Notes under the pieces: generated by a model
Told to the model about the DNA's origin: nothing
Databases searched by the model: none
Seen by the model: only the letters and a program-made list of their open reading frames with translations
Program-made: the position numbers and the translations under genes
Shown here: piece by piece, positions 42,101 to 54,479 of the stretch
Layout of the letters: every line of letters begins with the position of its first letter
Position numbering within the stretch: the first letter of the stretch is position 1
Origin: Macrostomum hystrix
Taxonomy: Eukaryota > Animalia > Platyhelminthes
Length of the DNA: 64,000 bases
Reading direction: 5' to 3'
Assembly (NCBI GenBank): GCA_950097015.1
Contig: CATNEN010000038.1
Coordinates: 15,190,001-15,254,000 of the forward strand

Positions 42101-44504
42101 GCTGTGTACAGAAGGACTGGCGAGTGTAGGTGTCTGCTGTGTACTGAAGGACTCGCGAGTGTAGGTGTCTGCTGTGTACTGAAGGACTGGCGAGTGTAGG
42201 TGTCTGCTGTGTACTGAAGGACTGGCGAGTTTAGGTGTCTGTTGTGTACTGAAGGACTGGCGAGTGTAGGTGTCTGCTGTGTACTGAAGGACTGGCGAGT
42301 GTAGGTGTCTGCTGTGTACTGAAGGACTGGCGAGTTTAGGTGTCTGTTGTGTACTGAAGGACTGGCGAGTGTAGGTGTCTGCTGTGTACTGAAGGACTGG
42401 CGAGTTTAGGTGTCTGTTGTGTACTGAAGGACTGGCGAGTGTAGGTGTCTGTCGTGTACTGAAGGACTGGCGAGTGTAGGTGTCTGCTGTGTACTGAAGG
42501 ACTGGCGAGTGTAGGTGTCTGCTGTGTACTGAAGGACTGGCGAGTGTAGGTGTCTGCTGTGTACTGAAGGACTGGCGAGTGTAGGTGTCTGCTGTGTACT
42601 GAAGGACTGGCGAGTGTAGGTGTCTGCTGTGTACTGAAGGACTGGCGAGTGTAGGTGTCTGCTGTGTACTGAAGGACTGGCGAGTGTAGGTGTCTGCTGT
42701 GTACTGAAGGACTGGCGAGTGTAGGTGTCTGCTGTGTACTGAAGGACTGGCGAGAGTAGGTGTCTGCTGTGTACAGAAGGACTGGCGAGTGTAGGTGTCT
42801 TCTTTGTTCTGAAATAAAAGGGGTTTATAATAATCCCATCTCTACTTGACGACTGTATGGCTCTTATTATACAAACAATTAAATTGAAGTAGGTTAATTC
42901 AATTCATCGCTACCTGCCACTTTGAGGTACCCAGCAACCGAGTCAGCAGCAGCAGCAACAGTCACATCATCGAAGCCGTCACCATCGCCATGACAATCAG
43001 CAGCAGCAGCAGCAGCAGCCTTGCACGCATCCGCAAGCAAACCCAGGCGCAACAAACACTGCAACCACAGGCTCAGCCTCTGCTGCAGCCACTGCTACCA
43101 CCGCTGGCAAGAATCAGCCACTTAGGCGCGAACGGATTCGTTGGACCTCCGATCAGCCGTTGACGCCTAGTCAGTTGCGCAATAAGCGCGAAGAATTCTG
43201 GGACACAGCGCCAGCTTTCGATGGTAGGCGCGAGATTTGGGACGCTCTACGCGCTGCTGCCTGCGCCATGGAGGCTAGCGATCACGAACTGGCCCAGGCT
43301 ATCATCAGCGGAGCTGGCATCACACTGCCTAGGGGCCTACTCACTGACAGCTATGACGAACTGGGTAAGGAATGCGATGATACTTTGGCTACTGTTGGAA
43401 TCTGCCAGGCGAGCTAGTAGGGTGTGTAGGGTATCTGCTGAAAGACTGGGTAGTGTATGGTATCTGCTGAAAGACTGGGTAGTGTAGGGTATCTGCTGAA
43501 AGACTGGGTAGTGTAGGGTATCTGCTGAAAGACTGGGTAGTGTAGGGTATCTGCTGAAAGACTGGGTAGTGTAGGGTATCTGCTGAAAGACTGGGTAGTG
43601 TATGGTATCTGCTGAAAGACTGGGTAGTGTAGGGTATCTGCTGAAAGACTGGGTAGTGTAGGGTATCTGCTGAAAGACTGGGTAGTGTATGGTATCTGCT
43701 GAAAGACTGGGTAGTGTAGGGTATCTGCTGAAAGACTGGGTAGTGTAGGGTATCTGCTGAAGGACTGGCCAGTGTAGGGTATCTGCTGAAGGACTGGCTA
43801 GTGTAGGGTATCTGCTGAAGGACTGGCTAGTGTAGGGTATCTGCTGAAGGACTGGCCAGTGTATGGTATCTGCTGAAAGACTGGGTAGTGTAGGGTATCT
43901 GCTGAAGGACTGGCTAGTGTAGGGTATCTGCTGAAAGACTGGCTAGTCATCAATTGCGAATCATTGAATACACTTGACTGCAGGCACCCGATACCAACTG
44001 CCCCTCTACGTGCTGTCTGCTCCGACAAATCTCGCTGAATCTCCGCCTCCGACGTCTGACGGTGACCCGGAAGCTGCAGGCGGCTTCAGCAATGGCGCTG
44101 GCGGCGTTGGCGCCGGCGGCGTAGGCGCTGGCGTCGATGCCAGTCATGAAGGCGACGAAGATGCCGAGGAGTCGGCCGCTACCGCCGCAGCCGCTGCTCC
44201 GCCAGTAACGCTGAAGCTTCGCCTATCCAACAACGGGCGCGATCTCAGACTTCAGGTGTCCTCGGCTGACACAGTGGCCAAGGCTAAACGGCGATTAGAG
44301 CGACACCTGCAGTCTGGGGGCGGCAGCGTCGGCCATCAGCGCTGGTACTGCTACGGTAGACAGCTGACTGATAAGATGCGCATACGCGACTGTCCTATAC
44401 CTCGCGGGTTCATTGTTCAGGTCGTGCTGTGGGACATTCAGGCGCAGCAGCAGCAGCAATGTTCCTCTGCAGCCGGTGAAATCAGTGAAAGTGGCGAGAG
44501 CTGA
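36133..44504 (+). CDS. UBTD1: Ubiquitin domain-containing protein UBTD1/UBTD2-like (DC-UbP)
   Basis: Exons 36133-36211 (MGNCLRG..., GTAAGT donor), ~42927-43364 ([39 protein letters not shown]...YDELG) and 43984-44504 (RYQLPLY...ubiquitin-like domain LKLRLS...QRWY...GFIVQV). Confidence 0.88.
38120..38965 (-). pseudogene. Mariner transposase pseudogene (stops, frameshifts, C-terminus lost)
   Basis: Fragments: HTH ([22 protein letters not shown]), [19 protein letters not shown], and PPYTP (a PPYSPDL remnant) abutting the inverted repeat. Confidence 0.88.
39345..39910. repeat. 18-bp minisatellite
   Basis: Unit ggggatcattgtcaactg. Confidence 0.97.
40760..41527 (-). CDS. Intronless four-TM membrane protein with tetraspanin-like topology, nested antisense in UBTD intron 1
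   Basis: 255-aa ATG-initiated non-repetitive ORF, richer in GC than its flanks. Three hydrophobic segments, a long loop with two Cys, a fourth hydrophobic segment and a polyQ tail. Confidence 0.65.
   Translation of the reverse strand: MRGRGEKHILLAIVLICLVASLSSSQSIASALLCHFNNQINLGRICPTVLAATSGIYIGTISSVTLLLLTGSSVRNMVRHQHNQNGSWPRYICAIGLCLISTIAPFLTLLAMLLLGQEYHSKWMYKQILMRNASRMTLLAGERVLIRYNCPDFIESAKDKNYLSMFQINEVQDNLIFKACPSEIAAFMSLQINVCTFNSALVAVLLLNSVRQSINAWMHLPVPWRRPRQQQQQVNQYEMTPIGSTQGPAMVTNFV
42076..42800. repeat. 35-bp minisatellite in UBTD intron 1
   Basis: Unit gaaggactggcgagtgtaggtgtctgctgtgtact. Confidence 0.97.
43425..43945. repeat. 29-bp minisatellite in UBTD intron 2
   Basis: Unit gtagtgtagggtatctgctgaaagactgg. 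Confidence 0.97.
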
Positions 44505-44584
44505 GCCAAATTGTCTATTAGGACCTCAAATATCAGCTACTAGAGGTAAGAGTTTTACTGACTTCCTTTATTTTTACATACATT

Positions 44585-47525
44585 CATGGCTATTACCTGA
44601 TTCTACAGGGCTATTATCTGATTCTTCAGGGTTATTACCTGATTCTTCAGGGCTATTACCTGATTCTTCAGGGCTATTACCTGATTCTACAGGGCTATTA
44701 CTTGATTCTTCAGGGCTATTACCTGATTCTTCAGGGCTATTACCTGATTCTACAGGGCTATTACCTGATTCTACAGGGCTATTACCTGATTCTACAGGGC
44801 TATTACCTGATTCTTCAGGGTTATTACCTGATTCTTCATGGCTATTACCTGATTCTTTATGGCTATTACCTGATTCTTCAGGGCTATTACCTGATTCTTC
44901 AGGGCTATTACCTGATTCTACAGGGCTATTACCTGACTCTTCATGGCCATTACCTGATTCTTCAGGGCTATTACCTGATTCTTCATGGCTATTACCTGAT
45001 TCTTCAGGGCTATTACCTGATTCTACAGGGCTATTACCTGATTTTTCATGGCTATTACCTGATTCTTCAGGGCTATTACCTGATTCTTCAGGGCTATTAC
45101 CTGATTCTTCTGGGCTATTACCTGATTCTTCAGGGCTATTACCTGATTTTTCAGAGCTATTACCTGATTCTTCAGGGGCTATTACCTGATTCTTCAGGGC
45201 TATTACCTGATTCTTCAGGGATATTACCTGATTCTTCAGGGATATTACCTGATTCTTCAGGGCTATTACCTGATTCTTCAGGGCTATTACCTAATTCTAC
45301 AGGGCTATTACCTGATTCTTCAGGGATATTACCTGATTCTTCAGGGATAATACCTGATTCTTCTGGGCTATTACCTGATTCTTCAGGGCTATTACCAGAT
45401 TTTTCAGGGATATTACCTGATTCTTCAGGGCTATTACCTAATTCTACAGGGCTATTACCTGATTCTTCAGGGATATTACCTGATTCTTCAGGGATAATAC
45501 CTGATTCTTCTGGGCTATTACCTGATTCTTCAGGGCTATTACCAGATTTTTCAGGGATATTACCTGATTCTTCTGGGCTATTACCTGATTCTTCAGGGGC
45601 TATTACCTGATTCTTCAGGGCTATTACCTGATTCTTCAGGGGCTATTACCTGATTCTTCAGGGCTATTACCTGATTCTTCAGGGATATTACCTGATTCTG
45701 CAGGGCTATTATCTGATTCTTAAGGGCTATTACCTGATTCTACAGGGCTATTACCTGATTCTTCAGGGCTATTACCTGATTCTACAGGGCTTTTACCTGA
45801 TTCTTCAGGGGATATTACTTGTTTTTTCAGGGGCTATTACTTAATTCTACAGGGATATTACCTGATTCTTCAGGGATATTACCTGATTCTTCAGGGCTAT
45901 TACCTGATTCTTCAGGGCTATTATCTGATTCTTAAGGGATATTACCTGATTCTTAAGGGCTATTACCTGATTCTACAGGGCTATTACCTGATTTTTCAGG
46001 GCTATTACCTGATTCTTCAGGGATATTACCTGATTCTTCAGGGCTATTACCTGATTCTTCAGGGCTATTACCTAATTCTACAGGGCTATTACCTGATTCT
46101 TCAGGGATATTACCTGATTCTTCAGGGATAATACCTGATTCTTCTGGGCTATTACCTGATTCTTCAGGGCTATTACCTGATTTTTCAGGGATATTACCTG
46201 ATTCTTCTGGGCTATTACCTGATTCTTCAGGGGCTATTACCTGATTCTTCAGGGCTATTACCTGATTCTTCAGGGGCTATTACCTGATTCTTCAGGGCTA
46301 TTACCTGATTCTTCAGGGATATTACCTGATTCTTCAGGGCTATTACCTGATTTTTCAGAGCTATTACCTGATTCTTCAGGGGCTATTACCTGATTCTTCA
46401 GGGCTATTACCTGATTCTTCAGGGCTATTACCTGATTCTTCAGGGCTATTACCTGATTTTTCAGAGCTATTACCTGATTCTTCAGGGGCTATTACCTGAT
46501 TCTTCAGGGCTATTACCTGATTCTTCAGGGCTATTACCTGATTCTTCTGGGCTATTACCTGATTTTTCAGAGCTATTACCTGATTCTTCAGGGGCTATTA
46601 CCTGATTCTTCAGGGCTATTACCTGATTTTTCAGAGCTATTACCTGATTCTTCAGGGGCTATTACCTGATTCTTCAGGGCTATTACCTGATTCTTCAGGG
46701 CTATTACCTGATTCTTCTGGGCTATTACCTGATTCTTCAGGGCTATTACCTGATTTTTCAGAGCTATTACCTGATTCTTCAGGGCTATTACTTGTTTCTA
46801 CAGGGGCTATTACTTGATTCTACAGGGATATTATCTGATTCTTCAGGGCTATTATCTGATTCTTCAGGGCTATTGTCTGATTCTTCAGGGCTATTACCTG
46901 ATTCTTCAGGGATATTACCTGATTCTTCAGGGCTATTACTTGTTTCTACAGGGGCTATTACTTGATTCTACAGGGATATTATCTGATTCTTCAGGGCTAT
47001 TATCTGATTCTTCAGGGCTATTGTCTGATTCTTCAGGGCTATTACCTGATTCTTCAGGGATATTACCTGATTCTTCAGGGCTATTACCTGATTCTTCAGG
47101 GCTATTACCTGATTCTTCTGGGCTATTACCTGATTCTTCAGGGCTATTACCTGATTTTTCAGAGCTATTACCTGATTCTTCAGGGCTATTACTTGTTTCT
47201 ACAGGGTCTATTACTTGATTCTACAGGGATATTATCTGATTCTTCAGGGCTATTATCTGATTCTTCAGGGCTATTGTCTGATTCTTCAGGGCTATTACCT
47301 GATTCTTCAGGGATATTACCTGATTCTTCAGGGCTATTACTTGTTTCTACAGGGGCTATTACTTGATTCTACAGGGATATTATCTGATTCTTCAGGGCTA
47401 TTATCTGATTCTTCAGGGCTATTGTCTGATTCTTCAGGGCTATTACCTGATTCTTCAGGGATATTACCTGATTCTTCAGGGATATTACCTGATTCTTCAG
47501 GGATATTACCTGATTCTTCAGGGCT
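44585..47525. repeat. 21-bp minisatellite, about 2.9 kb
   Basis: Unit ctattacctgattcttcaggg. Confidence 0.98.
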
Positions 47526-48324
47526 AATATCTAATTATTCATAACTATTATAAGCTTCTTAAGAGCTTTTCTTAAGATAGCTCGGAATCAGACTCTTCGG
47601 AGCTATCTTCTGGTTGTTGTGGGCTATAATCTGATATTCAGGGCTATCTGGTGGCCTCTCAAACAAAGAATGTTATATTATATTTTTTCCTGTTTCCGCA
47701 AATGCCTAAAACATTTTGTCCTAGAGAAATGGTTTTCCTTTTTCAAAAAATGCCCAGATTTCCGGACAAGCAGCCGTTAAATAGGACAGAAAGCTTTGTG
47801 ACGAAACTGTATGCACTTTTGTCGAGGAAACGACACATTTTGGTCATTCGAACCTACATATCATTGCAGATCGACGCGTGTTGCTACTCCTATGGCTTCA
47901 CAACAGCTTGACCCTTGAAATGATTTGTGCATGCCACAGTTTCCCCATCGATGTTGTCACAGTGACCGACTGTATATTGTGGATTTAATTGATTTCTCTG
48001 ATTAATTAAATCCTGAATTACTTACTGCCCAAATCCGGTTTCATTCCAGTCAGCTTTTTGTTACCTACTAAAAGACAGAACAAAATAATAGTTTTTTATC
48101 GATGGTCAAACAATCTCGCATATTTATCGAATTCATTTCGAAATTTACTGATGCTAATCAAGCCCAATTCGTCCATTCTTGTGTTTTTTCTCTAGAATAA
48201 CGTTCATGCTAAATTGTCTTGCTCTTCAGTGCTTTCTTGTCTTTCTCATGTGCTTAATTACCTTATTAAAAATACTATTGTTAGCAGCCGTTTCATTTGC
48301 TCGTGCGACATAGCTTATTTATCG

Positions 48325-49460
48325 GTCATTCTATTGGCTAATCGTGAAGCCATTCTATTGGCTAATCGTGAAGCCATTCTATTGGCTAATCACGAAGTCA
48401 TTCTATTGGCTAATCGTGAAACCATTCTATTGGCTAATCACGAAGTCATTCTATTGGCTAATCAAGAAGTCATTCTATTGGCTAATCAAGAAGTCATTCT
48501 ATTGGCTAATCACGAAGTCATTCTATTGGCTAATCACGAAGTCATTCTATTGGCTAATCAAGAAGTCATTCTATTGGCTAATCAAGAAGTCATTCTATTG
48601 GCTAATCGTGAAGCCATTCTATTGGCTAATCACGAAGTCATTCTATTGGCTAATCACGAAGTCATTCTATTGGCTAATCAAGAAGTCATTCTATTGGCTA
48701 AACGCGATGTCATTCTATTTGGCTAATCACGAAGTCATTCTATTGGCTAATCACGAAGTCATTCTATTGGCTAATCAAAAAGTCATTCTTTTGGCTATCG
48801 TGAAGTCATTCTATTGGCTAATCGAGAAGCCATTCTTTGGCTAAACGCGAAGTCATTCTATTGGCTAATCAAGAAGTCATTCTATTGGCTAAACGCGATG
48901 TCATTCTATTGGCTAATCAAGAAGTCATTCTATTGGCTAAACGCGATGTCATTCTATTTGGCTAATCACGAAGTCATTCTATTGGCTAAACGCGATGTCA
49001 TTCTATTGGCCAATCTTGAAGTCATTCTATTGGCTAATCAAGAAGTCATTCTATTGGCCAATCTTGAAGCCATTCTATTGGCTAATCGTGCAGCCATTCT
49101 ATTGGCTAATCGTGAAGCCATTCTATTGGCTAATCGTGAAGCCATTCTATTGGCTAATCGTGAAGCCATTCTATTGGCTAATCGTGAAGCCATTCTATTG
49201 GCTAATCGTGAAGCCATTCTCTTGGCTAATCGTGAAGCCATTCTATTAGCTAATCGTGAAGCCATTCTATTGGCTAATCACGAAGTCATTCTATTGGCTA
49301 AACGCGAAGTCATTCTATTGGCTAATCAAGAAGTCATTCTATTGGCTAAACGCGATGTCATTCTATTTGGCTAATCACGAAGTCATTCTATTGGCTAATC
49401 AAGAAGTCATTCTATTGGCTAATTAAGAATTCCTTCTATTGGCCAATCTTGAAGCCATTC
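48325..49460. repeat. 24-bp minisatellite
   Basis: Unit ccattctattggctaatcgtgaag. Confidence 0.97.
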
Positions 49461-49813
49461 TAATTATGTATCAGTATATGGCAAGAGCTTTACGAGAATT
49501 TTTTGTTGCAATTTAAATATTTTGTGTCTACCAATCAAGGGTAGCGCTTACTTTAGTGCTACTGTCGAAAAAAGACATATTTGAGTAACTTGTTTTGTCC
49601 TTCTCCAAACTGTGTATGAATTAATTTTTCTATCAACTGAAATTCGTTTTGTTTATAATTTTGATCCAAATATCAACTGTGACTGTATTGAAATATCTTA
49701 ATCCATGCTTTTTGCTTTGTGTTTTGCTATTATTCAATTGAGAACGCTTATGATATTTTGCAATGCTTAAAATTCTTAACAGTAGAAAGCACACTATTTC
49801 CCACTGGGAAATG

Positions 49814-49989
49814 ACCGCGGGGATATTGCAAATACCCACTGCCTACTTCACGATAGGTTACCAAACTGAAATGACCGGTTTTTTGGAAATTCTACCATGT
49901 AGATCATTGTGCCTTTATTGTGCCAGAATAACAGTTTAGGAGATGCAGAAAAAAAAGTGAAATGTGGGTATTTGAAAACCCCTTATGGT
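49814..49989. mobile_element. Small TIR element (MITE-like), inverted relative of 3188-3344
   Basis: ggggatattgcaaatacccactgcctacttcacga ... ggagatgcagaa ... tgggtatttgaaaacccc. Confidence 0.55.
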
Positions 49990-52039
49990 ATTTGTACTGT
50001 AAAACATTTTTTGCAAACAAGGAAAGACCTTGAAGATTAAAGAAACAAGGCAAATTATTCTGACATATTCACCATGGAAGACAGCATCTCACTGCTTTTA
50101 TATATACTCGTATCTATCTGGCTAGTCATTCGTTCGCGCACTGATTTTGCCACTATGAACAAGTAATATGGCTCCATAGTCCTATTAAACTGCTTCGGTT
50201 TTTACTGCACCCTGATGTTGTCTGCAAGTACCTACACTGTCACTTACTTTCTGACTCTCTCTCTCTTTGTCTTACCTATTCCCTAGTATCCTACGTTCCT
50301 ACAATACATTTTCTTTCCTGTTATTCCCCCTTTCCCAATATTACCCTCTCTTATTATTATCCCATCTATTTCCTATTTCCCATTATCCCATGGCACTCAA
50401 TTGTTGATTTGTTAGTATTTTCCTTTTCCCGTAGTCTAGTATTTTACTTATTTGTTTAGTTTTGCTGACACCGCCAATATAACGAAGTGGATTACTCAGT
50501 TCTAGCCTTTGCTAACTTTATAGCTCGTTATGTTGTGTGCGTTCTTCACTACCCGCTAAAAATAGGGATTTTTTTGGGTGATTCCAGTTGGAATCTGCGG
50601 TGTTTCCAGAAAAAGAAACAGCCGAACGCGGGAAACATACCAATCGGATGATTCCATACTTAGAATCTACCCAACTGGGCGTTTTCTCGGTGCTTCTTGG
50701 TGGCGAAATGGAATCACCCAAATAATCCTCCAGTTCGGAAGATTCCATGCTCAGAAACCGCCGAGGAATCGCCCGTAAATAATTCTCTGGTTGTCCCATG
50801 GGCCACTGGTTCGGGTGATTCTTCGGCGGTTTCCGCACAATTTACGGTTACATCGGCTGCATCGGTTACATCGGTGGTTTCTTTTAATCTTGCGAGATAG
50901 GGGGAATTTTGGTAGATTCCACTCCTATTTTGCTCAAAAAACCCGCCGAAGAAGCAGCCGAATTTTTTACAGGGAATCTCTGACTTATTTGAATAGTTAT
51001 TAGATCTCGGATTCAGTAAAGCCAGGTTTATGATTGACGCAATAATGATTGACGCTTTTGTATAACTCAATGCTATGATGCTTTGTAATCTAGTGTTTAG
51101 TTATTCCGTATCGTGTTTTTTATTGTCTCTTAAAGTGCTTGTTATTATATTATATTTTCTAACGACATACTATTGCATTATTATCTATTTATTTATTATA
51201 TATTTGCTTAAGGAGCGTTTTAAGGCAGTTGATATTCGGTTTTTTACTATTATTAAAGGCAATAAACTCGAGACTATTGAATAGGATGTGGTTATTCTTT
51301 TCTGATTATTGAATAAGGATCTACGCATTGGAATTTTATTTTTTAAAGCTTTCTTAGATCAAAGGTAGCGATATTGTATTAGTAATCTCTTATTGTTTTG
51401 TGTTCTAACATTATTAAAACTGTTGGCTCTAACCCGGATGAATATAATGTCGCACCACTACTTTAATTAGCTGAGACGTGTAACTTTAATTTATTTACTT
51501 TTGTCTATCAAATGGAACAAAGATGTGAAATAGAAAGAGACAACATTCGCCCGTATTCTCATGTTCGGGCCGTTTTGATCATTTTGAGTTTATGAGAAAA
51601 AAGCACATAATTTGCAATCTGAGCAATGTGCTGTTCAGCAATGTACTGTTAAATTTTTGTTTTTTTGATATGCAAATCACATAAACTATTTGATTGTCTT
51701 TGTCGAACGAAGACCCTCTATCGCCAACTGTACGAGATTATATTACTTAGTGATTTTTGCTGTCGAGAATTAAAACTTGTTTAACATTTATGCGACATAA
51801 AAGACAGCTAAAGAGATGCTTTCCCCAAAAACGAAACCTACAGTTTTTATTCGGTGAGTAGTGCAAAAAGTCTTTTTACAAATAAACGAGACATTTAATG
51901 CATTATTAATATCAGTGCATGTGTGTTTCAGTGTATAACGTTTTATGCAATGCTTGCACAAAATGCTTGTTGGAGTTCTGTCCTTTATTTTCACCTACTC
52001 GTAGGTTGTAATTTACCTAGACTTGGTTAGCAGCTCCTT

Positions 52040-52415
52040 TTATCAATAAGTTTGGGCTGGGCGGCTCGTTTGATCTTGAGACTTTGGGTGGCGGCGCTTT
52101 TGATCAGTAGGTTTGGGGTTTGCGGCGTTTTTTATCTGGAGACTTGGGTGGCGGCGCTTTTGATCTGTGGGTTTGGGGTTGCGGCGTTTTCGATCTGGAG
52201 ACTTTAGGTGGCGGCGCTTTTGATCAGTAGGTTTGGGGTTGCGGCGTTTTTGATCTGGGGACTTAGTTTAGCGGCGCCTTTGATCTAGAAGTTTGAGGTT
52301 GCGTCTTTTTTGATCGGGAGACTTAGTTTGGCGGCGCTTTTTATCAGTAGGTTAGGGGTCGCGGCACGTTTGATATAGAGGCTTGGGGTGGCGGCTCTTT
52401 TGATCTGGAGGCTTA
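52040..52415. repeat. Degenerate ~30-bp minisatellite
   Basis: Unit ggtggcggcgcttttgatctggagactt. Confidence 0.85.
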
Positions 52416-52475
52416 AGGTCAATTGAAAGTATTTAAGAGTATATATGCTTACTAAGATGCTACTTTAAAATTCAG

Positions 52476-54417
52476 TGGCCACTATCGGACATTCCACTCC
52501 GCATTTGGCTGTCTGCTGCAGCGCTGCTAGCCTGCGCGCGTATTTTTCTTCTATTTCTACTGCCAGTAGTGCAGGCGGCACATCGTTATCGGATTTTTTC
52601 TGTCGGCTTAAAACCGGGCAGTGCAGGCGCCGCCAAAGCGGCAGTGCGGCTCCGCAGGTGGCTGGCCAATCGGAACCCGTATGGCGACGGCTGGGCGCTG
52701 GTGACTGGCGCGACTGACGGCATCGGCCGGGCACTGGCGTGGCAGCTGGCTGGACTGGGCCTCAATGTAGCGCTACTGAGTCGCAGTGAGCAGCGTCTCG
52801 AGGCGACGGCGAATGAGCTGCGGGCTGAGTATCCTGATGTGAAGGTGGGACTCGATTGAGAAAAAGTGCAGCTATTTTAAGGCGCTTGCAAATGGGGGTC
52901 GGTGGCAGAGCGGTTAACGCGTTTGCCTCTCGCACCAAGGTTCCTAAGTTCGATTCCACGGTGAGGCCACATTCATTTGGGGCGCAGCCGCGGAGAGAAG
53001 GCTTGGGGTCTTGTGCAATTTACGCCCTTAAGGGCCAACCTCCAAGGCACAGTGAAGTGTACACTGCCTGACGATGAGAAAGTCAGGGCAGATGTACACA
53101 CTGTGAGCGTTTGCTTGCGTACGGTATCTGTGTGCGTGTGTGCTCAGGAGTCAGCGGAACGGGCAGAATTGCCTCCTGGCTGGCTGCGGGTCTAGTGTCA
53201 CTAAGTGACGTGCCATTGCCCGCTGCCCTCCTGCAATTAAAACAAATAAAAAATGGCATTTTTAAGGCTGTTGTTAAGTCCAAGGACCGAGGTTTTCGCC
53301 AGACATACACAAAGTTCTTTTTAAGATCGATTTTACTGCTGGGGGTACTAAAACAATGCGGAATTAAGCTCAGAGCCTCAAATTGCTTGCCTGAGATTCG
53401 AACTCCAGACCTCTAGGCTCTATTGACTGACCAAAAATCATTCATCGACCTAGTGGTAAGAGCGTCGGACTCACGAACGTCGGGGGTTCGATTCCCGACA
53501 CTACTGGGACACTTTGTGTCTTTTAGCAAGGCACTTAAATCTGCATTGCTTCAGTTCAACCAGCTGTAAAATGGGTACCAGCAACTGCTGGGGTCGTGAG
53601 GGTGGGTGTGGCGTCCACTGCACCCAGTCCATGGACTGAACAGCCGTACACAACCTTCAGTTGGGTCACACAATAGCTGCGACTTTACTATGTGCTGCCC
53701 TATTGAAGCAGGTGTAATAATAATTTATTTATACTTTAATTAATTATTACTAAATTATGCATCCTCCCTCCTCAGATCATCTGCCTTGTCGCCGATCTTT
53801 CTAGCCCGGCAACCGCCTGGCAACGCCGGGTGTACGCTCAGCTAGCCTCCGTCTGTCCCACCGGCCGTCTCCTAGTTCTGGTGCAGAACGCCGGCATCGC
53901 CCAGCCCTGTCCCGGCCCATTCCTAGACCTCCAACCGGACCTCATTGTCGACCTGATCCGCTGCAACATTCTGGCCTGCGCCAAACTCACAGAACTCTTA
54001 GCGACACAAATCGGTCCGCCTGCTCTTCTCCTTCTGATTGGCTCCGGCACCGCACGCGAGCATCGCTCGCCCGCGGTGTCGCTCTACAGCTCCAGTAAGC
54101 ACTTTGTGGACCTATTCGCTCGGCATTGCTCAGCTGTGTCCCTGGCCGCTAGCTCCGTGTCCGTCATTCCATTCTTTGTGGCCACCAAGATGACCGGCAT
54201 GAAGCCTGGCTGGCTGGCCCTTTCGCCCATAGACTATGCTGTCAGTTTGCTGATTGGCCTGAAGCCGGAACTGCGTCAGGACCGTCTCTGCGGCCATTTT
54301 CTGCATGAACTCCAAGCTGCCGCGCTGCAATGCTTTGTGCCGCAATGGCTTTACAGCCGGGTCATGCTGGCCTGCGCTGGTGCGTTTGATCGACAGGTTC
54401 GAGTTGCTGAGGATTAA
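52476..54417 (+). CDS. Short-chain dehydrogenase/reductase, HSD17B12 / very-long-chain 3-oxoacyl-CoA reductase-like; start exon not located
   Basis: Exons 52476-52844 (N-terminal TM, YGDGWALVTGATDGIGRALA, LLSRS) and 53776-54417 (VQNAGI, NILA, catalytic YSSSK, PFFVATKM, GHFLHELQ), joined in phase 0. Confidence 0.85.
52894..53250 (+). mobile_element. tRNA-derived SINE family 1, copy D
   Basis: tggcagagcgg A box, gttcgattcc B box, full body. Confidence 0.9.
53445..53730 (+). mobile_element. tRNA-derived SINE family 2 with CORE-like central domain
   Basis: tagtggtaagagcg and ggttcgattccc boxes, then gtgtcttttagcaaggcacttaaatctgcattgcttcagttcaaccagctgtaaaatggg, with a (TAA)n tail. Confidence 0.75.
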
Positions 54418-54479
54418 AACAAATTTTATCGACTTTTCATCGACCCAAGCTATAGGGCTCAACTACGGACGGAAGTTAT

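Noticed and set aside
53445-53510. Functional tRNA genes at SINE heads
   Set aside because: A/B boxes are present but there is no complete cloverleaf or poly-T terminator; the heads continue into repeat bodies.
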